A program made the position numbers and the translations under genes. The notes beneath the pieces are model-generated. The model saw only the letters and a list, made by a program, of their open reading frames with translations, ran no database searches and was not told the DNA's origin. A DNA stretch of 64,000 nucleotides. Source: Minisyncoccota bacterium. GTDB taxonomy: Bacteria > Patescibacteriota > Minisyncoccia > Phycocordibacterales > UBA2100. The stretch is taken from positions 343-64,342 of the forward strand of contig JAGOVW010000003.1 in assembly GCA_018060545.1 (NCBI GenBank), in the 5' to 3' direction. This document shows positions 9,601 to 24,600 of this stretch, in pieces. How positions within the stretch are numbered: the stretch's first letter is position 1; every line of letters begins with the position of its first letter.

Positions 9601-12600
9601 CGTCCCCTCCTGCAGTCTTGGTATTCATGGAGTAGCTTGATGCAGAGTTGAGGTAGAGGTTAGAACCGGTCCAGGTAGTAGCAGAGCCACCGACACTATT
9701 AGTGAAGGTACCGTCAACCTCGAGCGTGATTCCAGGATTCAGAGTGAAACTATTCGCATTCGTGATAGAGAAACTACCACTTGAAGTAGCGTTTTCAGTG
9801 ATGGTCCAGCCACCTGAGGAGGAGTTGAATCGCGCACCGTAGAACAGCGATCCTCCGACCGCCACCGTCTTCCCTGTCGTGTTCGCATAGAACGCAACGG
9901 TCCCCGTGTTGTGGTTAAATGTGCCCGCGTTTGCAAATGATCCACCAACGGCGAAGATACCAGCTGGGAGTGTTGTTGAGCCAGTCGTGAGTGTAAAGTT
10001 ATTCGACGTGGTGGCATTCGTATCAAGGAATGTCCAGGCACCACCTGTACCATTGAGGACCAGATCGTAGAAGTTGGATCCACTCGCCTGAATCGTCTTC
10101 CCTATTGCCGCGGCCGTAAACTTGACCATACCTCCGTGGTGATTGAATGTGCCCGTATTCGCAAACGACCCGCCGACGGCAAAGATGCCGGCAGGGAGCG
10201 TTGTTGAACCAGCCGTCACCGTAAAGTTATTTGATGTCGTGGCATTAGTATCCAGGAAGCTCCACGCACCACCCGCACCATTTAATGTGAGGTTGTAGAG
10301 ATTTGAGTTATTCGTGCGAATGTTCTTGCCTATAGCTGCAGCATTTAGATACAGCGTGCCGTTGTTGTGCATAATCGTGCCTCCTGAATTATCGAAGGAA
10401 CCCGCAACACTGAGTGTGCCCGACGGCATGGTCAGAGTACCGTTTGTGACAGTTACGTCACCCGTTGTCGTCGCATTACCGCTGGCAAATGACCAGTTGC
10501 CTCCCACACCGTTGAACACCAGGTTGTAGAAGCTTGAACTCTGTGGGTTGATAGTCTTCCCTGTTGTTGTAGCGGTCAAGGTCACGGTAGAACTTGCGCT
10601 TGCAAAAGTGGCACCGCTTCCGAGTGTGAAGCTGCCACCCACGGCGTGCGACTGAGTCCCGGCGGCGGTGAGTGTCGCACCCGTCTGCACCTCTAGAGAG
10701 CCGTCCCATGCATTGCCCGATCCTCCAGAATTCACGGTAATGTTCCCCGCAGGTGCAAATGTCTTACTGTTCCAGACGATCAGTTTCTTTTCAGCGGGCA
10801 GTACCAATGTGTCGGTAACGGCATCAGTAGCGGTAAATGGAATATCACTATCATCATCCGCATCATAAATAACCATGTCAGCAATGTTGATAGGCGTTGT
10901 GTCTTCGTGGCGCACAATGACCCTGTTCTCGTAGAGATCCATGTCCGTAATATTGGTGATTGGGTCCACCGACACGTTTGCAGCGCGCACTCCACCGTTG
11001 GTATCCAAGAATACCGTGAGCGTATCTCCCGGATTAAAGAACACTCCCGTGATGCTGTACAACCCTGTACCATCACACGACGAGGTGTAACTCCCAGCCC
11101 CCTGGACCATCAAGCGAACCACCGGTGTTATGCCGTCACACACACTACTGACTGATGTTCCCTCGTCTGAGTAGACGTGGCCTTCAATAGTAATGTCTGA
11201 AGAACTATCATCCCAGCGAATATACCCTGGGTCCCCCGCAGGATCGTCGTTGAAACTTTCGCCATCATAGTTTCCGTAGTGCAAGTTGAACTTCCACGAG
11301 CTAGCAGTAGAACCCGTAGCACGCACGTTAAACCCGCTGGAAATACCAGTCGAGGTGGCAAAGGTGTTGCGTGTGAAAATCTTGAGTGGATTTGCAGTAA
11401 TCACACTCCCCGCAACAGTCAGCATCGTGCCGCCATTTACTGCAAGTTCGAAATCACCATTGCTGAGTGAGGTAACTGTTGGCGAACCGGTGATGTTAAG
11501 ACCGCTGGCATTAGTATTGCGCAGAACGTAGTACGACGCATTGAATGTTCCACCACTCACCGAGAACGCATACGCCCCTGTGCCCTGTACATCAATAGTA
11601 GTGGATGCCGCTGCGTCCCCGATGATATCGAGCAGACCGCCGCTATACGTGAGCGTACTCGAAGTCGCCACCCGCACATCCACCTGGCGTGAACTACCAC
11701 CGAGCGCAACACCATCGAAATCGGTTGCATAGCTCCAGTAGTCTGAACCGGTTGAGCGTGCGTACTCACCCCAGATGTAGAGGTCACCATCAACCGCAGC
11801 GTGATCTTGTGAGTAGAGTGAGCCGGTTGAGTTCACCGTGGTGGTACCTGCTGAAGTGTTCCAAGAACGTACATCTGTATTAGCGCCAATAAGGAGCGTG
11901 TTGTATACGTCCCCTCCTGCAGTCTTGGTATTCATGGAGTAGCTTGATGCAGAGTTGAGGTAGAGGTTAGAACCGGTCCAGGTAGTAGCAGAGCCACCGA
12001 CACTATTAGTGAAGGTACCGTCAACCTCGAGCGTGATTCCAGGATTCAGAGTGAAACTATTCGCATTCGTGATAGAGAAACTACCACTTGAAGTAGCGTT
12101 TTCAGTGATGGTCCAGCCACCTGAGGAGGAGTTGAAGTTCACCGAATTGAAGAGTGATCCCCCCGACGCTACCACCTCTCCTGTATCTGTAGAGTTGAAA
12201 AGCACACTACCGCTCGAATGGGTGAAGGTACCCGTATTGAGCCAGCTTCCACCGACATCGAGTGCGCCCACATTTGAAGCAACCAGTGTTGCCCCGCTTC
12301 CTATAGTGAGGTTACCCGTGACATTCGTTGATGGATCATTGGTGTTCAAGGTCACGGTTACCGGATTGGTACCATCGCCCACAACCAGGTTACCTGCGGT
12401 AAGTGTTCCACCTTGCACCGTGAACGTAGGCGATCCTGCAGCAGCCGGTGCCAAGTGCAGGAGCGCATAGGTTTCATCGAGAACACTCGTGGTGGTGGTT
12501 GCCACAAAACTAAATGGCGCTGTTTGAACAGTAAACGTTCCACCAACGACGAGTGGCGTACCACCACCCGTGAGTACCCACGCCGATGAACCCGCCGCTA

Positions 12601-15600
12601 GTGTGTGATTTGCTGCAACGGTCAGTGTTCCCGCCACTGTCGTGGTGGCAGAACCGGTCTTGGTGGTTGTTCGGGCAGCAACACCATTCCCCAACGTAAG
12701 ATTTCTAAACTGCCATGGATTGCTGTTTGCGAAATTGCCTGTGCTTTCGATTCGGACGGTTCCACCGGTCATCGTAATGGTGCCCGCACCCGCAACATCG
12801 CCGCTTTGCACCACCAGGTCGCCGGTTCCACCGAGTGTGCCTGCGGTGAGGGTCAGCCCATTCTGTACGGTCGTGGTACCCGTGCCACTCAAGAGCCAGC
12901 CCCCGCCCACACCATTCAGAACCAGGTTGTATAGGGTCAACGGCGATACGGTCGAGAGCACCTTACCGGTCGTGGTTGCCGTGAGCGTGAGTGTTGTATT
13001 CGCTGGGGTGAATGTACCGCTTGATTCAATGACCAATCCACCACCAATTGCATGCGACTCAGTTCCTGCTCCCGTGAATGTTGATCCAACACCGACATGC
13101 AGCCGTCCGTCTCGTGCATCACCAGAACCACCGGATTCGAGGGTTATGTTTCCACCTGGAGCAAACGTCTTACCTGCAAGGATGTGCAGTTCATTCTCTG
13201 GCGCAACGGTGAGCGTATCCGGTGAACCCGTTGCAGCGGTGAAGAAGATGTCCGCGTCGTTTGAGCTATCGTACAGCGCCAAGTTTGCAATCGTAATAGC
13301 TGCAGTGTCCTCGTGGCGCACGATGAGCGTATTTTCATAGAGGTCAAGGTTGGTGATATCTGCCGTCGGTGTCTTGGTGACCGTAACGGCGCGCTTACCG
13401 CCATTCGTGTTGAGGTATGCCGTGAGGACTGCATCGCCCGCAAATGAGACGCCGGGAATACTGTATGCGCCCGTTCCACCATCACAGGTTCCTGTGTATG
13501 CAGAGCCGCCGTCAACCACAATGCGCACCACAGCCGAACCATCGCACGGAGGATTGCCGATGGCACCTGAGCCTTCAGAAGCGTATACGTTACCTGAAAC
13601 GGTAATACTGAAACCCGAGTTATCCCAACGCACATTACCTGGGTTACCGGTTGGGTCCGTATCGTAATCTTCTCCATCGTAATTCCCTGAATGATTGCGG
13701 AACCACCAATATGAGGTTGGTGTGCCTGTTGCAACGACGTTGAAGCCACTTGAGATACCTGTAGAAGTGGCGAATGCCCCACGCTGGATTTGAAGCGCAG
13801 GATTTTGGTCGATTGCGGTCCCCGCAACGGTAATCATCGTGCCGCCATTCGTCCCGAGTTCGAAGTCACCATCCGAAAGATTATTCACTGTTGCGGTCCC
13901 ACTGATCCACAGACCGTTTGCATCGGTGTTGCGCACTTGGTAGTACTGGGCCTGCAGTGTTGCGCCAGTTCCAACCTGAAGCGCGTACGTGCCACTTCCC
14001 TGATTTGCTACCGTGGTACTTGCCGCAGAACCTCCCAAGATTTGCAATGTGTTTGACCCAACAAAGACTGATGCGCCACTCCCCAGGCGCACATCCACCT
14101 GGCGCGAACTGCCACCAAGCGCTGTACCATCGAAATCCGTCGCATAGCTCCAGAACTCGTTCCCTGTCGGCGTGTATTGTCCCCATATATAGAGGTCGCC
14201 ATCTACCGCTGCGTGGTCTTGTGAATAGAGTGACCCTGTAGCATCCACCGTGTAACCCGAAGCGGAAGAGTTCCACAATTTTATGTCAGTATTAGCACCG
14301 ATTCGCAGCGTCTCGTATGTGTCGCCGCTCTGTGCCTTGGTATTCACACTATAGGCAGTTCCCGAATTGAGGAAGAGCGTTGAGCCCGTCCACGTCGTTG
14401 TGGCACCACCCATACTGTTCGTAAATGTTCCTCCCACTTCGAGTGTTTGCCCCGAGGCAAGAGTGAAGCTCGCGGCACGCGTGATTGACGTGTTATTCGT
14501 CGACGTTGCATGGCTGGCAATCGTCCATCCACCGCCTACAGCGTCGAAACTCATCGAGTAGAATGGCGACGCGCCTGGATTGATGCTCTCACCGCTATCA
14601 GTTGAATTAAACTTCACCGTACCACTGTTGTGCGTAAACGTGCCCACCGAGCTGAGCCAAGAGCCGCCAACCGCAAACACACCAGACGGCAACGTCAGTG
14701 CTCCTTGCTCAATGCGTATCGCGTTCGTCGCAGTGGCATGTGTATCAACAAATGACCACGATCCACCCGTGCCGTTGAACGTTAGGTTGTATACATCAGA
14801 CCCATTGAGGCGAATCGTCTGCGCCGTAGCTGCGGTAAATCGCAGTGTTCCACTGTTGTGCGTCATGGTGCCACCATTTTTTGAAAGCGATCCACCAATC
14901 GCGAATGTACCCGACGGTAAGGTAACCGTGCCTGCAGTGAGCGTCACGTGCCGAGATGATGTTGCTGTCGTTTCCAGGAATGACCATGAGCCTGTTCCGT
15001 TGAAAACGGTGTCGTACAGGCTAGACCCATTGGTGCGAATGGTCTTTGCGCTTGCAGCATTCAGCAAAAGGATACCGTTGTTGTGCATGAATGTACCGCC
15101 GGTGTTGTCGAAGTTACCCGTAACCGTAGTTGTAGCAGTTGGCATCGTGACCGTTCCTGTCGCTATCGTGAAGTTGTTGCCTGCGGTAAGCGTACTCCCG
15201 GTGAATGCCCAGTTACCACCAACACCATTAAAGGTCATGTTGTAGAAGCTCGAAGTCCCTGGGGTGATTGTGTTACCAGTGTCGGTCGCCGTGAAGGTCA
15301 CCGTGCCAGATTGAGCAACGAATGAGTTGTTGTTGATGAAGTTGCCCAGCACTTCGAGCGCATAATTATTGTTCACACTCAAAATATCATCGGCACCGAT
15401 GGTTACATCCGTCATCTTGCTCGCCGCCCCCAAGAGAAGCGTCTTCGTACTTCCATCGACAGTAACAATACCCATGTCCTGCTTGGCAACGGTGTTATCG
15501 GTGAACGTGCTTGAGCCGGTACCATCAAAGGTTGTCGTAGCTGTTCCTTTAGTAAACACGCCATTGGTACTGATGGTCATGTTGCTCGCCACGTTAATGG

Positions 15601-18600
15601 CTTTGTTTCCGTTCTGATTGAGTGTGCCGTACGTAAGGTTTAATGCTCCATCTACATCGAGCGCACTTGAAAGGTTCCATGTTGCTGCACCTGATGTTTG
15701 CCCAAACGTGAGGTTATAGAATGTCGTCGTAGTAGCCCCAGTACCATCAATGGTTTCCGTCGTTGACGTTGCTGTCAGGATAACGGTTGAGGTGTCTTTC
15801 GTGAATGTGCCATTATTGTCCCACGAACCAGTTGCGGTAATGGTGTTGCCGTCAGCAGTAAAGTACCCATTCAAAACCAGGTCATGAGTCGTCACGTTTC
15901 CACCTGACGTAGAATCAGGCCTAAACGTTGTGGAGCTTGCCACATACAGTTTTACCTGCGTGCATTCAGCCAGTCCACATGCAGCAAAGTCGTTGCCCGC
16001 ATCAACTTCAAAGAAGATGTCTTCATCGCCAGAAATCGAGTTGTCGTACTGGGAGATGTTCGCGTTGGTCATGGTTGGCACGTCTTGTGACCCCAGCGAG
16101 ACGTGCTGTTCAAAGAGTTGCATGCCCGTTATGTCTCCCGTTCCGTCGTATACGGTGAGCGCCACTGCTTCACTGTTGTCTGCCGCACCATCAACGAAGA
16201 CGGTAATAACATCGCCTGCAAATGCGGTCACGCTCGGGATACTCCAAGCCCCAGCTGAAATAGTACCCGTCTTTCCAGCTTGCAGCACCCCGTTTACGGC
16301 AACGGCGACGGTGCCGCTCGTCACGTTCGTCGTTTCGTCGTACTGCTTCGCGGTTCCTGAAAGGGTGATACCGTCAGACCATTCAATCGTCCAGTCGTTG
16401 AGCGATGGACAGATACCTGCCGCACAGGCAAGGTTCGCAACGAGGCGAATCTGGTTGTAGGTGATGCGATTGAGGTTGGAAATATCAAGCGGCGACGTAG
16501 ATGTTCCAGTCATGTTGCCCGCCAAATCGACGTTTGGAATCACCGCCCATGAACTGGTCGAAGTAAAGTATTCGATTTGGTACAAAATATCAGACGCGCC
16601 TGGCGTTGAATCGCTAAACAAGAGCCGTTGCCATTTTGGTCCCGTACCACTATCAAAATCTAACTCACTCGACGTGATAGTCCCTGAGTTAAAGGTTGGG
16701 TAGCGGCGCGCAACAATATCCAATGGAATCGTTGCAGGAGTAAGTGTCGGTATAGAGTTAGTTTCTATGATCTGCGCCGTGGACCACTGCGTACCGTTCC
16801 AGTAGCTGAAATCGTACTGTGTGTCACCATCGTTGTACGTGAGTGCCAATATGTTTCCGTCCCCTGTGCGCGCACTGCGTACTTCCCACGAGTCTCCTAA
16901 GGTCGAGATTTGTGCTGGTGTCGTAGCTGATCCAGATCCGGTCCAATACTCATACTCCACTATCAAGCTATCACTGTGCATCATCATGAGATACCCATCG
17001 CGTCCCGCAGTGGTTTCAAACTCACATGAGACTGGTCGGGCATGGAACCCGTTGGTTGTGTTACCGGTCCCCTCAAACTCGGCAAACGTATTCCATCCCG
17101 AACCACTCCACTCTAAGAATCCAAGATCGCTATCAATATCGATATAGCAGAGGCCCATGCGATCACTCCCGACATCACGGACCAGACGACCGTTCGCGAA
17201 ATCGTTTTGCACACCGGCAGTGTTGGTACCGTCCCACCCACTACCGTTCCATGCGTTCCAAATGAAGTTGTTGTTTGCTCCGTTTGCAACACCAACAACT
17301 GCCTGCCCACCTGATTCCTCATACTCCACAAACATACCTTCGGCATTGGCGACCAACTGTGAACCCATGGTCATCGGACTCACACCCCATGCTGTACCAT
17401 TCCATATCTGCGCCTCATAGTCGGTGGCACCCGCAATGGCGCTGCGCACCACTAATACCATTTCATCGGACGCTGGGTCGGCCGCCAGACGTACCCATTC
17501 ACAGTTCCCCGTGGTACCGAGCGCAATACTGCTGGTTGCAGTCCAGCTGGTACCATTCCACACACTAAACACCGCCTCTGTACCACGACACGAAACTACC
17601 ATCGCATCGCCGGATGATGTTTCGTATGCCACATCGAAGCCACGCGCTAGAGCATTGGCCACGGTGGACTCAACTTCCTTAATATTGCCGAATGAATCCG
17701 TTGTCCCGTTATATACCTGCGTCTTCACGACACCCGTCGAACCTAATGTGCCTACAATATACTCATCGCGCGTCGGCGACGCTGCAGCTTCGACAAAGCG
17801 AATGGTGTCACCGGTTGATACACCACTCAACTCACTACCCCACGCCGTACCGGTCCAGATCCGGTAGCGAGGTGCCTGCGTCGTACCTTCGGCGTACGCC
17901 ATGAACGCCTCACGGATTGTTGTAGAGATGCGCGCAATATTGCTGCCGTACGTTTCAACTGAACTCAAGGTATCGGTCTCAAATTGATCATCGGTTGTCT
18001 GGAACCACGTCGAGACAGTCACTGATGTATCTATGGTGAAGCTTTGCAAGTCAGACCACACGGACCACACTCCGGCGCCTGGCGCTGGGTCGATCGCACG
18101 CACACGCCACCAATACGTAACTCCGTTCGTGAGCGCATCTGCTTGCTGGAGGTGGAATGCAATCGAGTTGTTGTCCTTAAATGGTGATGTGTCCGTACTT
18201 GATGCGGTATTGGTAAAGCCACTATGAAGATCGGAGCGTCTCGTGGTTGATGCGGTGAAATCTTGCGTCGTAGAAATAGACACTTCGTAAATCAAGCTAT
18301 CGTTCTGAGGGTCATCAGATCCAAATCTAAACGTTGGCGTCGTGGTGCCGACCTTCTCGTTATCGAACGGAGCGGTGGATGTCGCCTGTCCTACTGCGTA
18401 GCCCCATGAAACCGTCCAATCATTCAATCGCGGAGAGCCGCCGATACTCGTCAGGTTTGCGCGCACTCGAATCTGGTTGTATGTCGTAGGACTCAGTGAG
18501 AGGAGCGACACTGGTGAACCACTACCGAATCCTGCATGGTTACCACTCAAATCCGTATCAGGGACCGTCACCCACGCTGCACTCGAATCTAAGTACTCAA

Positions 18601-21600
18601 TGTGGTAGCGGATATCACCCGTCGTCTCATTGTCGGTCCAGCTCAAGGACCCCCACGCATTTCCCGACGAACCATTGTCGAAATCGATGGCTGAACTCGT
18701 TGTTGTTCCGAGCGTAAGTGGCGGCGTAAGCACCACATCATGTGTTGATGTTGCCTCTGTATCCTCAAACGAGTTGGTATCAAATTGTTCGAGTCGTGTC
18801 TGGTGCCAGGTTGCTACTGTAATCGACGTATCGACCGTAAGACTATAGATGGTTGACCAGCTACTCCAGGTGTTTGAGTTGTTGCGATCTTTCGCACGCA
18901 CACGCCAGTAGTAGGTGGTACCGTTTGACAGTGCAGTCGTGGGAATAAAGCGTATCGTTTGCCCTGCGGTAAATGGATCCTTGTCGGCAGGAGTGGTGAC
19001 GTTACTGAATTCAGTGAAGTTCGTTTGCGAGTCACGATCAACTACCGCAGAGCTGAAGTCATAGGTGTCATCTATTTGCACCTGATAGGTCATATCGTTG
19101 CTCTCAGGATCTTCCGCAGTGAATTCAAACCACGGCGTCGTTGACGCTGTCTTCTCGTTGTCGAAGAGCTTCATTAGGCTCGGTGCAGTTGGCTTAGCGT
19201 TCGTGACCAGAGCAGGATAGGTACTGTACGCATTGAGCGTTTCTCCTTCTGACGTAATGACACGGAAGCAGTAGTTGGTGCCTTCTGTAGCATTGTGCTG
19301 CAACACCCAATCCCACTCACCTTCTTGCGTCGTACTGATTGAATTGGGGTTCGTGGCAGAGTCATTCTCTTCCTCGTACGTCGCAGCAACGTCAGCAGTG
19401 GTAAGGAGAACAGATGGAAGGGTTGCTCCGTCGGAAACACCAGCATTGTTGTATCCTCGCCACGGTGCTGTCGTAGAACCAATTTCTCCCACCTCGAACC
19501 ACTCCGAGCCGGCGCTACAGTTTGCATCTGCTGCGTACTGCAACGTTAAGGACAGTGCGCTACTCGAGAGGGCGACGTTCGAGACGAGTATGGTCATACG
19601 CAGACGCAACACATCGTTCAAGCTTGGCGCACCATCTGCAATTTGAATCGCCGCATCAGTCACCACTTCGCTGGCACCCGACGGCCATACGTCACTCGGC
19701 GTTGCTGCGTTCGTGTTTACATACCATCGGTAATGCTCCTGCGTCAGATACGGGCTGCGCTCCCACGAGAGCGTCCAATCGGTAAGAGACGGTACGTAAG
19801 TGTTTGACGAGGTGAGCGTTGCTTTCAAGCACAGGCTGCTGTACGTCGTGGTCGAGACACTGGACAGGTCAATCGGGCTCGCACTAGCCTGGAAGCCAGT
19901 GCTATTTCCCGTAAGAACTCCGTCAGGCAATAACGACGAACACACACCACCTGATTCATACATCACCTGTACAGTAACGTCGGTACCACTTGGCTCGTTT
20001 GTGCTCCACAACGCTTCGCCCCAGGTAGTGCGATTCGGCACACTTGAAAATGCAATCGGGTCCGACTGAATAGTTCCTGAGTTTGATTGGTACACCTTGG
20101 CTGCAATAGAGATGGGCTCCCTAAATGGCGCGGCGGTCACCGACGGAGAGTTTTCAAGTGTTTGCGCAGCCGACCATGAGGTACCGTCCCAGTAAGAGAA
20201 ATCAAACAGACCATTGAGATCGTCGTGATAGAGCGCAAGGATGTCGCCATCACCAGCTCGTGCCGAGGTTACTCTCCATGAGTCTTGGATAGTAGGCAGG
20301 GTACTTTCTCCGGAGTGAGCTGTTCCATTCCAATACTGTGATCGCGCTGCGGTGTTGTCGCTGTATGGAATCATCAGGTACCCATCGCGTCCCGCGGTCG
20401 TTTCAAATTCACAGGTCACTGGCGTACCTTCGATGGTGCCACTTCCTGCACGGTTGTTCGTTGTTCCTGTTGTTTCAAATTCATTCGTTGCTGCAGCAAA
20501 CACTGCCCAACCCGCACCATCCCAAATAAGGGAGCCCATGTCGTCGTCCTGATCGCCATAACAGAGACCCAACTGGTCGGACCCGTCGTCCTGCCGGAGG
20601 ATTCCCCACTCAAAGTCATTTCCGATTGCCTGAGTCGTTGGTATGCTCCAATCCAAGAGTGCGCCGTCCCACGTCGCCCATGCAAAATTTGCGTTGCCGG
20701 CATTTGAAACTACCACCATCGCCTGCTCTCCCGACTCTTCGTATTCCACCGCGATACCTTCGTGTGCCGCATCGCTCATTGAACCAAGCGTCTGCGAGAA
20801 GGACCATCCACTTCCATCCCACACCTGCGCTTCGTATATCGAGCCCGTGTTGCGCTCGACCAAAATAATCTCATCAGATACAGGATCGGACGCGAGCTTA
20901 ATATATTCACAGTTGAGCGCACTGCCTATATTAATACTGGTAGGCCCGGTCCAGACGCTACCGTTCCACACGTAGTAGGCAGGATCAGCATCACCGTCAC
21001 AGAAAACGACAAGCGCATCACCTGATAGGGTTTCGTACGCAACGTCAAACCCGCGACGTTGGTTATTCGCAACACCGGCCGTCACTTCTTGCAGGTTTCT
21101 CCATGTTGTGGTTGTGGCGCTAAATATTTGCACATTAACGTCGTTTACTGCGTCTTGTGTCGCGAGTACAAATTCATCGCGCGTTGTCCCAGCCTTCGTC
21201 ACCACATACTGAATGATGCCGCCCACATCGAGTGCCGAACCTTCCGAGCCCCACGCCGTACCGTCCCACAAGCGATAGCGTGGTGTAGTAACGGTGCCTT
21301 CACCGTACGCAACGAGCGCATCGTCAGGTGGCGTGAGCGACAGCTCAGCTGCGTTGTTCCCCGACGTTTCAACACTACTGAGCGTACCCGTTTCAAATTG
21401 AGTATCTTGTGTTTGGAACCACTGCGATGGATCGGTGTTGGCTACATAGGTAAAGCTTTGCACAGTACTCCATTCACTCGCCAAATTCGATCCACTTACA
21501 TCAGTTGCTCGTACGCGCCAATAGTACGTGGTTCCAGACACCAGAGAGGTAGGAATCGTAAAGCGAATTTGCTCACCTTCGTTGAACGGGCTGGTGTCTG

Positions 21601-24600
21601 CGGGTGTTGCAATGTTTTGGAAACAGTTTGGCGAGCACCCTGTTTCCACATCAGACGATCGATCCCCAATTGGTGCATCATCGAGCGTTGGATCATCGTC
21701 CCACTGTATCTGGTACAAAATGCTTGAGGTTCCGTCTGGATCGCTCGCACTAAATCTAAAGCTGGGCGTTGAACTCCCCGTCTTCTGGCTTTCGAAAGGT
21801 TCGCCATAGAGCGTTGGTGCATCAGTCGGATAGTTTGCCGCAGCCCAATAACCGAGTAATCGGAATTGATCGTTGGTGGTGTCGTCAGTGAAATACTCAA
21901 TGGTTGAACTCGCATCAGAACCTGCCTTCACGTGGGCCTTACCGATAGACCATCCACCTGTTTCAGCCTCATGAATATTAAAACTACGACCCAGCGTCGA
22001 TGCGTTCGTACGTGCACCAATAATCATTGAGCTGTTCGCATCCGCTGCGTTTGCGTACAAAACTTCCGCGATGCCCGTAGGTGGCACCGTAAAACCGTCA
22101 AGTGCGCGGTCAGTCCACGTAGAGGCCGAGGTCGGACCACCCAAGTCGTCAAATCGCTCGGTGTAGAGCAGACCTGTTGGGCTCGTCTGCCAATACCCCA
22201 TCAGCCAAAAGTCGACACTGGCACCGTTGGCTCCCTTCACTTGGGCAAATCCCTCAATAGTTGCATTAGTGGAACTTGCACGCACCATCATGGTGACACC
22301 GTTTACACCATTCGCTTCTGATTCGTGAATGTTGGCGAGGCGAGACAATGACGAGCTCGCTGCACGCACACCAGCATTCATTTCTGCAACCGTATCCCAG
22401 TTACCCAATGCCATTTCAACGACGTTCCCATGCGAAACACCGTAACTCGAGAGGTTAATAATGCCCCACGTATTGTTCGTAAGCGTAGGGTCAATTTGGG
22501 TGAAGCTCTCGACATACCGACCATCAGTCCAGTATCCCAAAAGCACAAAGGAGATGTTGGTTGTATCTTCAGCGTAGGTCTGAATACTCGATGTAGCAGA
22601 AACCTGCACGTGCATCGTCATCATCGTGACACCTGATGGTTCTGCTTCATGCAGCTGGAAGCGCCGGTCGTTGGTAGAGGTCGAATGGCGCACACCACCA
22701 TACACCTCCGTATTGAAGTCACCATTCACTACTGCAATTTCGGCTACTGCGTTTGCTGGAACACTAAAGGGAGCACTCGCAAGATTCTTCTCTTGCCATG
22801 CACCAGCGACCGTCGGTGTCCACGAACTGTACTTTTCTTGGTAGGAACCAAGTGCGTCTGATGCCACTTTCCAGGTACGTAGCTCCTCAAACGCAACCGC
22901 ATCACCTTCTTTCATGGTGAGAGGACCGAACACGTACAGATACGGGCTGATATCGGGCGAATCGAATACGTACGAAATGACCTTCGTCTCACCTGCTGCC
23001 AGTGCCACATCCCACGACAATCGAATCGCGCCATTGTACTGTTCAACGGACCCATCCGCCTTATCAACCAGAATCGTATCTTCTGGAATCGCCTCGGTGA
23101 TGACACCTTCAAAATCACGCCGTGCCGTAATAGAGAGTGTCATACGGTATGGCTCTTTTGGATAAATTCGCGTTGGCCCGCTGCGCTCCACAACAAACGA
23201 AGGATCGTTGCGGACTTCAAATGCATCGTTGATGCGGTGGAGCACTTCACCCGCTTCTCCAAAGTGAGTGAGGGTCATTGCGTACGTTCCAATGCCACCA
23301 GTCACGTAATCAGCCAAGTAGTCGGCAACATCGACTACGTTGTTGTGCCCGCAGAGCCCCGACGTACGGATAGGCACTTCTTGTTCCGGGCCTTCGGGTG
23401 CTTGTACGAGAAGTTGAAGATGTGCGTCGCAGAGCGTGTCACCGGTATCATCCAAGGCCGCCATCATCAACGCAGCGTTCTCTCCTGGCTCATATACGCT
23501 TTTGTGCGAGTTGATGGCGAGTACGCCCCAATAAAATTCCACCGTGTCGGTAAAGGTGTTACGACCTTCAACAATCACGACCTCCATCTGATATTTACCG
23601 GGGCGGAAACCGCGAGGTTTTTTGGTCAGGGTCAGCGTCCACTCACCGCTTGAGTCATAGATAATATCAACGGGGACCGTCTCGAATTGACCATCAGTGT
23701 GCTTCAGTCGTGCTTGTCGTACAGCAAACGTATCCTTCTTCCCGAGTAGTCGATCTGCAAAGCGCGCAGCAAACGAGCGCTGAGAATTAAATTTGAATCG
23801 AAACTGAGGCTGCTCGTTTCCTTCAAATTGTGACTTTTCAGAAAGTTTTCGGTTCACCTTCTTTGCAGCCACGTCACGCTCGGCAGCTTCTTCTTGCGCG
23901 AGCCAATCGCGTTCGTTACGCAAGAAACGCATGTCAATGTCGCCATAGTATCGTTCACCAGAAGCTTGCAAGATAAGCGGATTCTCTCCTCCATTTGGGA
24001 GCGCCGTCGTCACACGGAAATAGACTGTTTGCTCAGGTAATACAAGAATTCGTTCAGCAACTACCGACGTAGTGACAAATCCTTCCGGAAGAGGGCTGAA
24101 GAGCGCCCAATCAATCCCTGGTACTCCAATTGCAAGTGGCACCCATGTGCTTTGGTATGCGGTCTGCTTCTCCGTACCAACCAGCACGTGCGCAACAGTA
24201 CAGTTTTCCTTGGTGTCATTAAACCATGCACACTGCTCGACCTGCCCCGTTGCGACACAGCGGTGCCGCCCTTCCTCATCCACTGCTTCAGTCCACCCTC
24301 CTTCACAGAAGAACGTCACGTCTTCATACACTGAGTGCTCGACTACCTCGGGTACGTTGCGCAAAAACTGCGCGATGCTCTTGAGCTCACCGGATCCTTG
24401 TGGGAATGCTGCTGAAAGCTCAAAGTATTCTTCCTCGCGACCAGTGTTGGTAACACTCACAAAAAACTGTTTCTCTACAGACGCACCATCCCCCGGAAGT
24501 ACTTTTGCGCTTGATGCGTCGGTGCGCATGGTGAGCACATCCTCATCGATATCATCAACGAGCGGAAATGAAATTGCAGACCCGTCGTCAAGCACGAGCA

